A stretch of 64,000 bases of DNA from the human T2T-CHM13v2.0 reference genome, Homo sapiens: the NCBI RefSeq assembly GCF_009914755.1, contig NC_060928.1; one strand, given 5' to 3'. The notes under the pieces were generated by a model. It was not told where the DNA came from, ran no database searches, and saw nothing but the letters and a program-made list of their open reading frames with translations. Position 1 is the first letter of the stretch, and each line of letters opens with the position of its first letter. This document shows, piece by piece, positions 46,764 through 62,805 of the stretch. The position numbers and the translations under genes are program-made.

Positions 46764-47892
46764 TTGTGAAAGAGAATAGAATCTCAGGACCCCAAACTCA
46801 CTATGCCAAATGGAAAGTTAAGCTTAGGAACTGAGTCACACACACTGCCTTCCTTTTGTTCCCAAACAGATAACTGTGATTTCACAACCCTGTGTCACAG
46901 CCTCATCCATAAAAGCCAGGTTCCCACAATGTGGGAAGGCCACATATCTCCTCAGATGGCCTCCCTCACAAACTGCCCACAAGGAAATTCCTTGTGAGCC
47001 CCTCAATCTTTCAGGAGATATATCCCCCTTATAAACTAGCCCTCAAACCAAGTTCTATTGGATCTCGGTTCAATAGCACCTGACGATGTCAATTACCAAC
47101 TTATCTTCACAGGTATAGGACAAGACCAGAAATCATCCCTCCACCCAACCTGAAATGAATGCACATGTTTACTTTTTCTTGTGTAAAAGGTAGATTTACT
47201 GAGCAGAAGACAAAATACAATTGACTTTTTCTTCTACCCTCTCTTTCCACATGTAAAATGTAGATTTATCGAGGCTAACCAGAGCCTCCCAAGAATTTGC
47301 CTCACTGCCTACCCTTCCTCTCTTTTTCCCCTCCTGCTTACTCTTTCTCCTTTAAATGTTGAAGTTCCAAAAACCCCCTTTGGAAAAAGCACAGGTCACA
47401 GAGGTTCCTGTGACTTGTGTTTCTCCCAGGTGCTCCCTCAAACTTTGGCTAAATAAACCTCTATTGTGTGTCTCAGTCACTGATATGGTTGGGATCTGTG
47501 TCCCCACCAAATCTCATGTTCAATTGTAATCCCCACAGTTGCAGGAGGCCTGGTGGGAGGTAATTGGATCATAGGGGTGGATTCTTCATGAATGGTTAAG
47601 CCCCATACCTGTGGTGCTGTTCCTGTGAGATCTTGTTGTTTAAAAGTGTTTAGCACCTCCCCAGCCCCTCTTCCTCCTGCTCTGACCATGTGAAGTGCCT
47701 CACTCCCCCTTTGCCTTCCACCTTGATTGGAAATTTCCTGAGGACTCCCCAGAAGCAGAAGCTGCTATGCTTCCTGTATAGCCTGTAGAACCATGAGTGA
47801 ATTAAAACTGTTTTCTTTATAAATTACCCCGTCTCAGGTATTTCTCTACAGTAGTGCAAGAATGGACTGAAACAGTCACTTCTTGGTTAACA
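46764..47892 (+). mobile_element. MER4-group ERV1 LTR with a nested MSTA/B LTR (47481-47874)
   Basis: tgtgaaagagaatagaatctcaggaccccaaac..ttggttaaca; nested tgatatggtt..ggactgaaaca with 5-bp TSD gtcac. Confidence 0.85.
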
Positions 47893-49387
47893 ATACGATG
47901 TAGGAAGACAGTACCACTATATTTCTACTATCTTACAGAATGCTTTTGAATTCTGATGATGCTCTATATAATGCTTCTAAGGGAAGAATGGAGTTAGTAT
48001 TCCTGCCTACAGGTAGAGAAGAAAACTGAGGGGCTTATGTGAGAACTTGAAGACCCCTGAGAACACATGTCCACAGTGCTTGAGAAGCAGTGCATTTAGC
48101 CCTAAATGTTGCCACTTGATGACCACCTAGCAACACAAATGGGACTGTGAATGCACACACAACCCTGAAAAATCTCATGGATTGCTTGACTATAATGCAC
48201 TTATCCTAACGATCCAGCCTATGCTTATACGAAAATTTTAAAGTTATCATAAACATGAAAATACAGAGTTAGAAACATTCTTTTGGAACCTTCTTTCTCC
48301 TGAAAATATCAATGCAGAAACTCAGGTTGAGAAGCACAGAGGCAGCACACATAGAATTAGGAGATGAAGCCATCAGAATGTGTCTCCCTGGTTGGTGGCT
48401 CCAGGGCTCAACAGCCGCTTTCAAGGCTAAGGTACAAATAAAGGAATTCCACTCCTCACGGTGCACCTGGCCACCTGCCAGGTTGCAAGCTTTGTTCTGG
48501 GTTCTCTCCAGACCTTGCTGTCTCATAGCTGTCCTGTCAGTTCAACATTTTAACCATACTCCTACCAGCCTGATGGGGGGAGACTGTGAAAGGAAGCTGA
48601 GTGTTTCCCTGAGACCTGAGGGACTCAGTAATGAGAAGGCGGCAGGGGAAACAGCTTGATGGAACAAGCAGAGTTTGGAGTTAATCTGGGTTCGAATTTG
48701 GGCTCCAGCTTCTAATTATGGGACATCTACAAATAATTTAACCTCTCTGTAAAAGGAAAATAAAAAGACTCTCTTCTAATCTTTTTCTTTTTTAAGATGA
48801 AAAATAATATTGTAAAGTGCCTGACATAGGAGACCACCAATAGGTAGTGGCAATGTGCTTTGTAGGTATCGTATCAGGGGACACAATGGTACACAGCTGG
48901 TGCCATTTATTCTTTTAGAAGAAATATCACGTGATGTTCATCTGACCCTATTTTCAGACTGCCTGAATTTAAATCCTAGTTCTACCACTTACTAGCTATG
49001 ACACTGTGCAAGTAACCTTTCTGAGTGCCAGTTTTCTCACTCACCTTATACTTTTGTTGTAAAGATCAAGTAATATGTGGTAAGCCTTTAGCCTGAGTCT
49101 TGATGCATAGTAAGTGCTCAATAAATGTGACTTATACTGTTATTTAAGTTGTTTGGTTTTAGGCCTGCAGCTACCTGTATGAATACACAGACTAGTGCCT
49201 CTTGAACTTCAGAGCTCATACAAATCAACTGGTGAGCTTGTTAAAATGTACATCCTGATTCAGTACATGTACAGTGGGGCTGGAAATTCTGCATTTCTGT
49301 TACACTTCTTGCTGGTCCAGCGACCACATGTGGAATAGCAAAGTCATAGAAGCAGACTATTCTTAGTTTTATCTTCTTTGGTTAAAA

Positions 49388-49688
<301 letters not shown>

Positions 49689-50114
49689 CTGAAATAAAAA
49701 ATTTTTAGTAGAATCAGCTGCCTCTGTCTAATGCTTCTACCCGAACTACAAATGACCCTTGAACAAATTGGGTTTGAACTTCAAGGGTCCAATTAATGCA
49801 CAGATGAAAATAGAGTGAGGTTCTGCAGGGCTGACTTCAGAACTTGAGTATGTATGAATTTTGTCATACATGGGGATGGGATGGGGGGTCCTGGGACCAG
49901 TCTCCCAAGGATACCAAGGGATGACTGTACTTTATGTGGTTAATTAATATTTTACTGGGTAATAAAAGGCTCTGGGAAGGGTTGGTTATCAGGCCTGCGC
50001 CTAACATTGGCAGGGTTCAAGGCAAGATTTCAAATGGAGGCCCATATGTTGTATGTCTAAATATGTAAAAGTTATAAATCAAATTGACAAATTTAAATAA
50101 AATATGTGCTATTC

Positions 50115-51780
50115 CCAACAAGCACATGGAAAGATGCTCAGCATCACAAATCATTAAGATAATGCAAATCAAAGCCACATAAAATATCACTTCATACCCA
50201 TTAGGACGGCTACTAACAAAAAAGAAAACAAACAAAAAAGCAGAAAATAGCAAGTGCTGGGAAGGATGTGGAGAAACTGGAACCCTTGTGCATTGTTGGT
50301 GAGCATGTAAAATGGTGTGCTGCTATAAAATTAAAATAGAATTACCATATTATCCAATAATCTACTTCTGTACCCCAAAGAACTGAAAGCAGAGTCTTTA
50401 AATGATATTTGTCTATTCATGTTCCTTAACAGCATTATTCACAATAGCCAAAAGGTGAAAACTACCCAAATGTCTGTGGATAGATGAATGGATAAACAAA
50501 ATGTGATTTACAACAGAATATTATTCAGCCTGAAAAAGGAACGATTCTGTCGCATGCTTCAATGTGGATGAACTTGGCGGTCTTATGCTAAATGAAGAAG
50601 TCAGTCATGGAAAGACAAATACTGTAGGATTCCACTTACATGCGGTACCTAGAGTAGTCTGATTTATAGAGAGAAAGAAAGTAGTGTAAACCAAAAAGTA
50701 TCTGAGACAGGTCTCAATCAATTTAGAAAGTTGACTGAGCCTCCCGAGGTCCTGACAACATGTGCCCAAGGTGGTTGGGGCACGACTTGGTTTTATACAT
50801 TTTAGGGAGACATGAGACATCAATCAATATATGTAAGATGTACATGAGTTCAGTTGGGAAAGGTGGGACAACTCAAAGCGGGGAGGGGGCTTCCAGGTCA
50901 CAGATAGATAAGAGACAACAGTTGCATTCTTTTGAGTTTCTGATTAGCCTTTCACTGAGTGCACAATTTGCTGGAATAGTCACTTATGCCTTAGTCTGGC
51001 ACAGTGAAACAACAAAGCAAAGGAAGCATCAAATATGCATTTGTCTCACATGAGCAGAGGGATGACTTGGAGTTCTGCCCATCCTTTGTCCACAAGGTAC
51101 ATAGCTTTTTGAGGGAGGTGTATAGCTTTTTAAATCTTTGTAGCTGTCTTACTGAGGAATAGACTGGGAGGCAGGTTTGCCTTATGCCAGTGGTCCCCAA
51201 CCTTTTTGGCACCAGGAACCAGTTTCATGGGTGGGAGGAGATTGGTTTCAGGATGAAACTGTTCTACCTCAGATCATCAGGCATGAGATTCTCATAAGGA
51301 GTGTGCAACCTAGATCCCTTGCATGTGCAGTTCACCATAAGCTTCGTGATCCTGTGAGAATTTAATGCCTTGGCTGATCTGACAGGAGGTGGAGCTCAGG
51401 TGGTAATTAATATTTTACCCACGGCTCACCTCCAGTGGTGCCACCCAGTTCCTAACAGGCCATGGACTGGTACCAGTCTGTGGTTTGGGGGGCTGGGGAT
51501 CCCTGCCCTACACAGTTCCCAGCTTGACTTTTCCAGTTGGCTTAGTGATTTCGGGGTTTCAAGATTTATTTTCCTTTCACAGTAGCATGGTGGTTGCCAG
51601 GGGCTGGGAGGAGGGGGAGGTGGGGAGTTGTTTAGTGAGTAGAGAGTTTTAGTTTTGTGAGATGAAAAGAATTCTACAGACTGGTTGCACAACCACGTGA
51701 ATATAGTTACCATGACTGAACTGTACCCTTAAAAATGGGTAAGATGGTAAATTTCATATTATGTGTCTTTTACCACAGTT
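50115..51780. mobile_element. Triple nest: L1MB 3' end (+) > MER4A-like LTR (50685-51581, -) > MER1B (51188-51505)
   Basis: LTR tgtaaaccaaaaagtatctgagacagg..ttcctttcaca with gtag TSD; MER1 TIRs cagtggtccccaacc / ggctggggatccctg; L1 resumes at 51582. Confidence 0.85.
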
Positions 51781-52265
51781 TCAAAAAGTGCTATCTTACT
51801 GTTTTTACAAATATACATTTGTAATAACAAAATTTAAAAATGCTTGCAGCCTGGCATAGTGGCTCATACCTGTAATCCTAGCACTTTGGGAGGCTGAGAC
51901 AGGAGGATTGTTTGAGCTCAGGAGTTTGAAACCAGTCTGGGCAATGTAGTAAGGCCTCATCTTTACTTTTAAAATAATTTTAAAAATGCTTGCACATTTA
52001 TACTTTTATAGGACTTGAAGCCAGCAAAGTTTCAAAGATACTGGAATTATGTGTGGATATTCTCTTGACTGGCTATGTTTAGAAGTCTGGATGAAGAATA
52101 AAGACATTCCCAACTGATAAACTATTACCTATCTCACATAACTTATTTATTTCTTCTATCATTTCAGCAAAATCACTGATTATTTTGTTTTAATGAAGAC
52201 TTTTATATAATTCAGTTGACATTGAAATTAGACAAACTTTCTCAATCACTTTGGTTCTTAGGTAG

Positions 52266-52581
52266 TTTTTTTTTTTTTTTATTTGTTCGTTTGTTTTTTG
52301 AGACAAGGTCTTTCTCTGTCACTGAGACTGGAGTGCAGTGGTACGATAATGGCTAACTGCAGTCTCAACCCCTTGGACTCAAGCAATCCTCCCACCTCAT
52401 CCTCCCAAATAGCTTGGACCACAGAAGTGTACCATCATACCCAGCTAATTTTTAATACTTTTTATAGAGATGGGTCTCATTATGTTGCCCAGGCTAGTCT
52501 AGAACTACTGGTCTCAAGCAATCCTCCTGCCTCAGGTTCCCAAAGTATGGGAATGATGGGTGTGAGCCACTGCGCCCAGCC
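52266..52581 (-). mobile_element. AluJ (an Alu left monomer also lies at about 51848-51985, +)
   Basis: Diverged dimer. Confidence 0.85.
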
Positions 52582-53002
52582 TCTTGGGTAGTCTTTTTCA
52601 TTTATTTTTTACTCAATTTTTCATTATTTAATTTCTATTCTCAGGTGGTCTTTATTACTACATTAATTTTAAATTCATTTTTCATCATTTAATTTTTATT
52701 CAGTTTAGATAAACCTTGCTGAAATGATAGTAACTAGGATTTGTAATAAAACTCTTCAACAGTAAACACTTGGATTTGGAAATAAACCATGAATTTTACC
52801 TTTCTTGTTCAGATATTATAATAGGGTCACATACAATACATTATCATTAGCACAAAAAACATTATAAAACATTTTAAATTCAACGGTTATGCTGCTATCA
52901 TTTGCACTGTGGTTTTCACTGTCTCTCAAACCAGTATGTAGAAACACATAGTAATATCAAGAATCTGTATCATCCTTCATGTGTGTTTCATTTATGTGTA
53001 TT

Positions 53003-53232
53003 CTGTATATACAAATGTAAGAGTAATATACATTTTTTGATACGGCAGATGTCCCGTAGCCTCTGTGTGCACCTGACACACATACCATATTAATTCATGT
53101 ATTCCTCTGATCTCATAATTTGGAACACAAAGAGAAGAAAATGGACACAATATTTCGAAGTCCGCAGATTTATGTTTATGCAAAACTGAGAGTGGAAGTT
53201 CAGAGTTACAGGTCACACTGTGCCAACAGGTG
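53003..53232 (-). pseudogene. Candidate Ig-domain exon: APVGT/VTCNSELPLSVLHKHK...SSLCVPNYEIRGIHELIWYVCQVHTEATGHLPYQKMYITLTFV
   Basis: Acceptor ctctgtctctcAG|. Cys pair about 44 aa apart (VTC...YVC), an SSL.V.N E-strand and a terminal ITLTFV strand; TTG where the C-strand Trp (TGG) is expected. Donor not evident. Overlaps ORF 52992-53216. Confidence 0.6.
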
Positions 53233-53396
53233 CTGAGAGACAGAGATGTCAGGCACTCTTTTTAAAAAATTATTATTTAAAAAAATTTTAGATTCAAGGG
53301 GTACATGTGCTTGTTTGTTACACGGTATATTGCATGCTGTGGGAACTGGATTTCTAGTGTACTCAGTACCCAAATAGTGATTACTGTACCTGATAG

Positions 53397-53746
<350 letters not shown>

Positions 53747-54838
53747 CAGGTGCTGTTTAAGACATCTTTAATGAGTGCCCTGAGCAGGAGCTACGGCACC
53801 ACCTCACTGTTGTTTATATGTTGATGGCATGCAGGGCCCCTCTTCCCCATTTCTAAGAGCAATACTGTTGGGAATTATTATTATTATTATTTTTTCAGAT
53901 ACTTTCAGGGGTCATTGTGGTCAATGAATACAATGAGCCAAACTGAAAGTGATATCCATTTTTTTTTTTTCACGGACTGCAACTGCTAAAGAAAGAGGCA
54001 AAAAGAAAGTGCTGGCTCCCGGTGTTCCATTTCCCCCCACGGAACAGCACGGGGTGAGGGTCAGGTGGCACACAGCCCAGATGAGGGGAGTTGTATGACT
54101 GACTGCCCATGAGTCCTCAGTCAAAAGCTTCTTGTGGACCCAGGAGGGCCAGGAGAGGGGAGCGGGGGAAGGGCCAGCAGTGGGAAAGTGCTGATTCCAA
54201 GTGGAGGAATGTGCCTCAGCCAAAGCCTCTGGATAAGAAGGTCTCAGTGGAAGCTCCTGGGAAGCAAGGAGGCCTCTGAACGGAGGCACCTAGAATGATG
54301 TCACAGTGAGCACCGCTGGCCCAGAGGAGGCCGGTGGGAGAGGTGTGGGATCCTCTGTCCTCAACTTTGACTCCCTCCAGAAAATTGCACGGCACTGGCA
54401 GTGCACTGAGTCTGTGTGCAGTGGGCAGCTCTCTGCCAGGGGCCTTGCCCGTAAAACCTTGTACCGGCCCATGGTCAGGCTCGAAAGGCCACACGTAGGG
54501 CTTTGGCCTGGAACTGGACAACTCAGTTACTAGGTGCTTCACCTTATGTCAGCCTCACAACAATTCTACGAAGTAGATATGATCTCCCTTTTAACAGATG
54601 AGGAAATGGAGGCTCAGGGTGCATAACTTGTCCAGTGTCACACAGCGAATGAACGGCAAGACCAGGACTTGAATTCTGATCTGTTTCACAGTTAGGCTCA
54701 CGCATCTTCCTCCAGAGCATATCGTCTGGTATGAACTTCTGGGAGAGTATTAAATTAATATTGTCCCCCTCATCCAGGAGCTCACACTCTTCTTGGTGAA
54801 ACAGGGCATACAAATAAGTTATACAGAAAAGAGACTTA

Positions 54839-55420
54839 GGCAGGGCATGATGGTTCACTTGTATAATCCCAGCAATTTGGGGGCCTGAGTCAGGAGGATT
54901 GCTTGAGGCCAGGGGTTTGAGACCAGCCTGGGCAACATAGGGAGATCCAGTCTCTATAAAAAATAAAAAAATTAAAAAAAATTAGCTGAGCATGGTGGTG
55001 TGCACCTGTACTCCCAGCTATTCAAGAGGCTGAGGTGAGAGAATTACTTGAGCTCAGAAGATTGAGGCTGCAATGAGCCATGATCGTGTCACCGCACTCC
55101 AGCCGGGGCAATGGAGAGAGACTCTGTGTCAAAAAAACAGAGCAAAACAAACACACAAAAAAGAGATTCCATTTACTTGCAAACAAAAATATCAGTCAAC
55201 TGGTCTGGACTATATACTGCATCCAGCCAGCTATCCCCTGCTGCCATACAATGCGGTTTGTCCTGTAGAGCAGAGATGTGGCAAGCCAAATCTGGCCATG
55301 CTCATTTGTTCAGACACCATGGCTGCTTCCTCGCTACTGTGGCAAAGCTGAGTAATTGCCATGGAGATTGTATGGTCCATAAAGCTGAAAATATTTCCTA
55401 ACTGGCCCTTTATAGAAGAA
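54839..55420 (+). mobile_element. AluJ (54839-55165) followed by a MER58-like element
   Basis: Alu dimer; gccaaatctggcc..aaagctgaaaatattt..ctggccctttatagaa. Confidence 0.8.
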
Positions 55421-55921
55421 GTTATAGAAATTGCTGCGGCAGTGCATCAAAAGAACAAATAGCAGAAATGAACATGCAACACGTGAGTATCTAGGAGAAC
55501 AAACCAACTGCTATAATGAACATGTCCTTAGCCTAGCCCTTTACAGGAAGGATAAGTGCCTTAGTTCTTACAAAAGATATCTTTTTTCCATTACATGTTC
55601 TCAAAATTATAAATAAATACCTATTTTAAGACTCTGCATATGTAGGTTTTGAACTGGTTTGTTGATTGATTGATTCATTTCTTGCCATTTTAAGCAGTGA
55701 CTTTTGTTGAAGAGTTAAAAGCTAAAAACAAATTTTAAAAACCTTCAGCATGCTTCTCTCACAATATGTGTCATTTTGATGAAATTATCAGCTAGATACA
55801 AGATGAATCAGACTATTAATCCAAACTGCTGGAGCTCACATCTGTGTATTTCACATATGGGGAAGTATTTTAAGTATAGATTGCATCCTCTTGGCTCTTT
55901 ATAAACAGGGTCCTTAGTTAC

Positions 55922-55981
55922 CTGAAGGCTTTATAACCTTCAGCCTGGTGACTGGTTCTCAAATTTCATGTAATGATTAGC
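55922..55981 (-). pseudogene. Candidate 60-nt symmetric exon G*SLHEI*EPVTRLKVIKPS
   Basis: Strong acceptor ttttcctgtttttccactcAG| and donor cag|GTaact. Read phase 1-1 it joins in frame to the Ig exon (..LKVIKPS|APVGT..). Confidence 0.5.
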
Positions 55982-56141
55982 CTGAGTGGAAAAACAGGAA
56001 AAGGCAGCAGTGTAACGGGGAGGAGATGGCTTTGGGAGCCTGGAGTTCTAATCTTGGCTGTGCAGCCCCCTGTCTCACCCAGACATTAAATCTCTCTCTG
56101 TCCTAATTTCCTATAACCTGAGTTTGGAGATAGATGCTCAC

Positions 56142-56195
56142 CTTTGTGTGTGTAGGAGTAGAGCATCCAAACTCAATTCCTCTCATGCCTTCTGT
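56142..56195 (-). pseudogene. Candidate start/signal-peptide exon remnant (ATG at 56186)
   Basis: Acceptor cagttttcAG|, aaggcATGag, strong donor aag|GTgagc. Hydrophobic pieces VWML and LLLHT lie in shifted frames. Confidence 0.4.
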
Positions 56196-56619
56196 CTGAA
56201 AACTGAGTACATTTCTCTGCATCTGTGGGATCCTTAACAGAACTAACCCACATTAGCTGTTAATTTCAACATGTGTTTAGAGACTGTTCTCAGAGCTCAT
56301 TAGCGTCTTCCTGGTTATGGATGAGGTATTGTGGGAGGCTGGGTGGACTGAATCAGGAAAGAAGGCTATGGTGTGTTAAGTAGTCAAATTCACACCTTGT
56401 GAGAGTGTAGTGTTCCCTGTAATCCTGGTTCGAGGAAAGAAATGGGAAAGAACCCTTCAGTCTGATCTGCAGAAATTCTAAGCTTTCCTTTCCCAGAAGT
56501 ATTCACTCTACTCAGGTGACCAACCAGGGTCTGGCTTGGACATCAAAATCACTCAATACAGCCCTTCTCATCAACTTCTACAGGACAAGACTGGTCAATG
56601 CGAGGCTCACTGCCCTCAC

Positions 56620-56778
56620 CTGCAGGTATCATGCTCTTTGGAGGGTCTGGAACCAGCTCCCTGGAGTCTGGGAACTTAGCTGAAGTGTTGTGGTTTCCGT
56701 TTTTTCTTCTGAGGGTCAAGCCAGGCTCTGGCCTCATTTGGTTGGTCCCCGTGGAGTCGAGCAATTTCTGAATTCTCT
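56620..56778 (-). other. Candidate 5' exon (probably UTR or noncoding)
   Basis: ccccttgtcttataAG|...gcag|GTgagg; 159 nt, open but not protein-like. Confidence 0.3.
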
Positions 56779-56859
56779 CTTATAAGACAAGGGGAGAACT
56801 TAGCCTATTCTTCTCAGGGGATTATTTGTGAGTTGCTGGTTTAGTGTTTTCCAATTCTT

Positions 56860-59990
<3,131 letters not shown>

Positions 59991-61166
59991 ATTTTCTTCT
60001 AATGGTTCCACTTGGATTGTCACTGGTTTGAGGTAACTTTTTGTATTAATTTCTCAACAGTACAATCTAGACCTACCCATGGTGCAAGCCGGCAGTGTTT
60101 TACAGGACACTCTTTGAACTTCGTTTGCACTTTATGTACATGCATATACATGTAGTTATGTTTTACCTAATTTTTGAAATAATCATAAGGAGATAGGCTC
60201 TGTGTTTGTTCTATTCAAGAGTTTGCAGGATTTGGAGTTTTTTATTCTTCATGTCTGCCTGGTAAAATGTTTGTATGCAGCCAACTGTTCAATATTTGGC
60301 TTTTCCTCACAAGACACCATTCCCTAAACTCTCAGAATTTAAGAAAAAAAACTCCCTATTTTATTTATCCTGATGATGGTAATAAATTGGCCAAGGAGCC
60401 ATCATAAAAAAATAAAATCAGACAAACCGACCATTATAGGCTGATTATAATAAGAAAGTCTTTCTTGCATGGGGCATTTAGCTAAGCCTTACATTCATAA
60501 ACACTGCTAAGTCAATTATTTATTTTACATATATGTTTGAACCTTTGAAATAATGAGATTAATCTAAAATGTTAGGTTTGCTGAAAATGCCTGGCATTGT
60601 GATTCATTTGCATTTTCATTTTTTGCTGTCAACAATTAGGTGGACATTTTAAAACTTTTCTTAGGGAAAGAAAAATTCACTACATGCAAAGATTTCCATA
60701 CATTTCCGGGGAGTTCAGGGACTTCTTGGGGCCCAACCAAATACATCGAGTTAAGATTCTTTGACTTATGTGGTATTTGGCTTAGAGTTCATCATATTTG
60801 AGCACCCTTGTTAGGGTATACGAGGAGGCCCCCAATGAGTATCACCCCTCCTTTCCATCCCGTCTCTCAATAATTTAATAAAATTTTAAAAATGTGCAGT
60901 GTCTAAAAAATGAATTATGTTCAAATATGAACAGAATTGAAAATGAAATTCTTTTCAAATATCAAAATTGAGGTCAAGTTGGAGGATGTATCTTAACGGA
61001 AAGCAAAATGGCTGTCCTAACTAGATCTCAGGATTAGCCTGATTCACCAGCGCAGACTCTGGTAGTCTGGTCCAGGGCTGTTGTCTCTGCGAATTCTGCC
61101 AGGGTAATACTAAGGCGGGGAAGAGAAGTTCCTGCAGGCTATGCTCCTTCTGAGGAGTGAAGCTAT

Positions 61167-61245
61167 GATATTGATCATTGGATTTCCCAAGTTTATCCAA
61201 GATCATGGAGTGGATATTGATCATTGCATTTCCCAAGTTTACCAA
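61167..61245. repeat. Short tandem duplication, 46-bp period
   Basis: gatattgatcattg(g/c)atttcccaagttta at 61167 and 61213. Confidence 0.9.
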
Positions 61246-61446
61246 TCAGTTAAGTTCCTCCAGTTCCCCTAGGGTGGAGGGAGTAGCGGTGGGGAGAGGC
61301 TTGGGAAAAATCCCTCCCCATGGAAACCAGGAGGGAGCAAGACATTTCTCCTCAGTATTGCTGACTAAGTGTGTGTAAGAGGGATTCGACTGCTTAAAAA
61401 TTTGCTATGAAAAATTCTCGACTTGAGTAATTTACACCCAGATTAC

Positions 61447-61660
61447 CTGGCTGGAATTGCTGCTGCTGGCCGCGCAGCCGCCTCATCATAAGAGGCACTT
61501 GCGGAGGTTGATGGTGAGGGGCTCTTCCGGGTACCACTCTGTCTCCCTGGCAACGTGGCTCCACTTCCACAGCTCAGAAGAACACAAGTTTTCCAGTCCA
61601 TCGTCCGCGTGAGGAGAAATTACATGCAATTTACAGAATACCTTGACGTGATACTCTTCA
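61447..61660 (-). promoter_or_regulatory. Candidate promoter and first exon: RFX X-box, ETS and CRE-like motifs, splice donor
   Basis: Local CpG enrichment; GTCTCCCTGGCAAC (61541-61554) resembles an X-box; CCGGAAG on - strand (61524-61530); TGACGT (61644-61649); donor cag|GTaatc at 61447/61446. Confidence 0.45.
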
Positions 61661-62489
61661 TCCTCACAGGGTTACGTTTTTAAAGGAATTTACAGTAGGA
61701 TTCAGGGGGCTGATTTAAAAAACACAAAAAGGTAAAGTCTGTCCATCTTGAGACATTATCCTTTAAGTTGATGCTAATTGAGATGAATCCATTGCTTTTA
61801 AAAACGTAGCACTTAAAAATCCATTCTTATTCACTTTCCTAAAATCTTAATTTTTTTTCTGACGATTGTTGGCTTTTACCTCTTTAAGTCACAAACCTAT
61901 GACCATTTTGCACTGCTTTTCATTGCCCGGATGCTTTAGGTCATTCATAAACTCCAGTCTTTTCTCCTCTCCGATTCTTTCCCACCCTTCTAATATAGTG
62001 ACTCATCTCATTATGTTCCTAAAAGCCTGACAAAGATAGTGTGTATCGATTAAGAATCCTTTAAGACATGCTTTTCTCATAAATGCACCTTTGTGTAGCT
62101 GCTCTGGGTCTGAAATTTTGGGCTCTCATTTCACTCGAACTGGGATGAACATTTCTGGGGACAAAACAGCTCAATGGCGTTTGTCAGGACCCCGTGGTTA
62201 TACCCAGGAATGCAGAACACAGCTTTGAGTCACACAATCAGGACCCCCAGTCATGCCTCAGTAGTAAACACCGAGTTGTGAGTATGAATACTTGCTTAGA
62301 AGGAAACCTAAATGGCTTTCCTTGGATTCCAAGTCCATCTTTTGGTTTCATTTCTGACAGAGCTCTAATTTTTCTCAGACTTCTAGCCTGCTCTCAAAAG
62401 TAATACATGACATTGTTGCATGGAAAAAGTGTTAATGTAAATTTTGAGCCAGATAATTTACCCTATATTTTTCAGTTAAGTCTTTTTAA

Positions 62490-62805
62490 ATTAAAAAACA
62501 AATTTTAACTATTGTAGGTACATAAGAGGTATATATATTTATGGGGTACATGTGATGTTTTGACACAGGCATGCCGTGTGTAATAATCAAATCAGGGTAA
62601 TTAGGGTATCCATCACCCAAAGCATTTATTTCTTTGTCTTAGGAACATTCCGATTCTGCTCTTTTAGTTATTTTAAAATATACAATAAATAATTGTTGAC
62701 TATCATCACCCTGTTGTGCTATCAAATACTAGATCTGATTCCTTCTATCTATTTTTGTACCTATTGATCATCCCCACTTTGTCCCCATTCCCACTACCCT
62801 TCCCT
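62490..62805 (-). mobile_element. L1MA 3'UTR fragment
   Basis: gtatatatttatggggtacatgtgatgttttg..ctgttgtgctatcaaatactagatc. Confidence 0.85.

Noticed and set aside
47938-48590. Further exon-like pieces (about 47938-48007; VHREEWNSFICT at about 48.45 kb)
   Set aside because: Could not be fitted consistently into frame or domain order; may be chance.
61021-61378. 74-aa and 66-aa ORFs near the candidate promoter
   Set aside because: Non-ATG starts, partly built from a 46-bp duplication, and no recognisable protein similarity.
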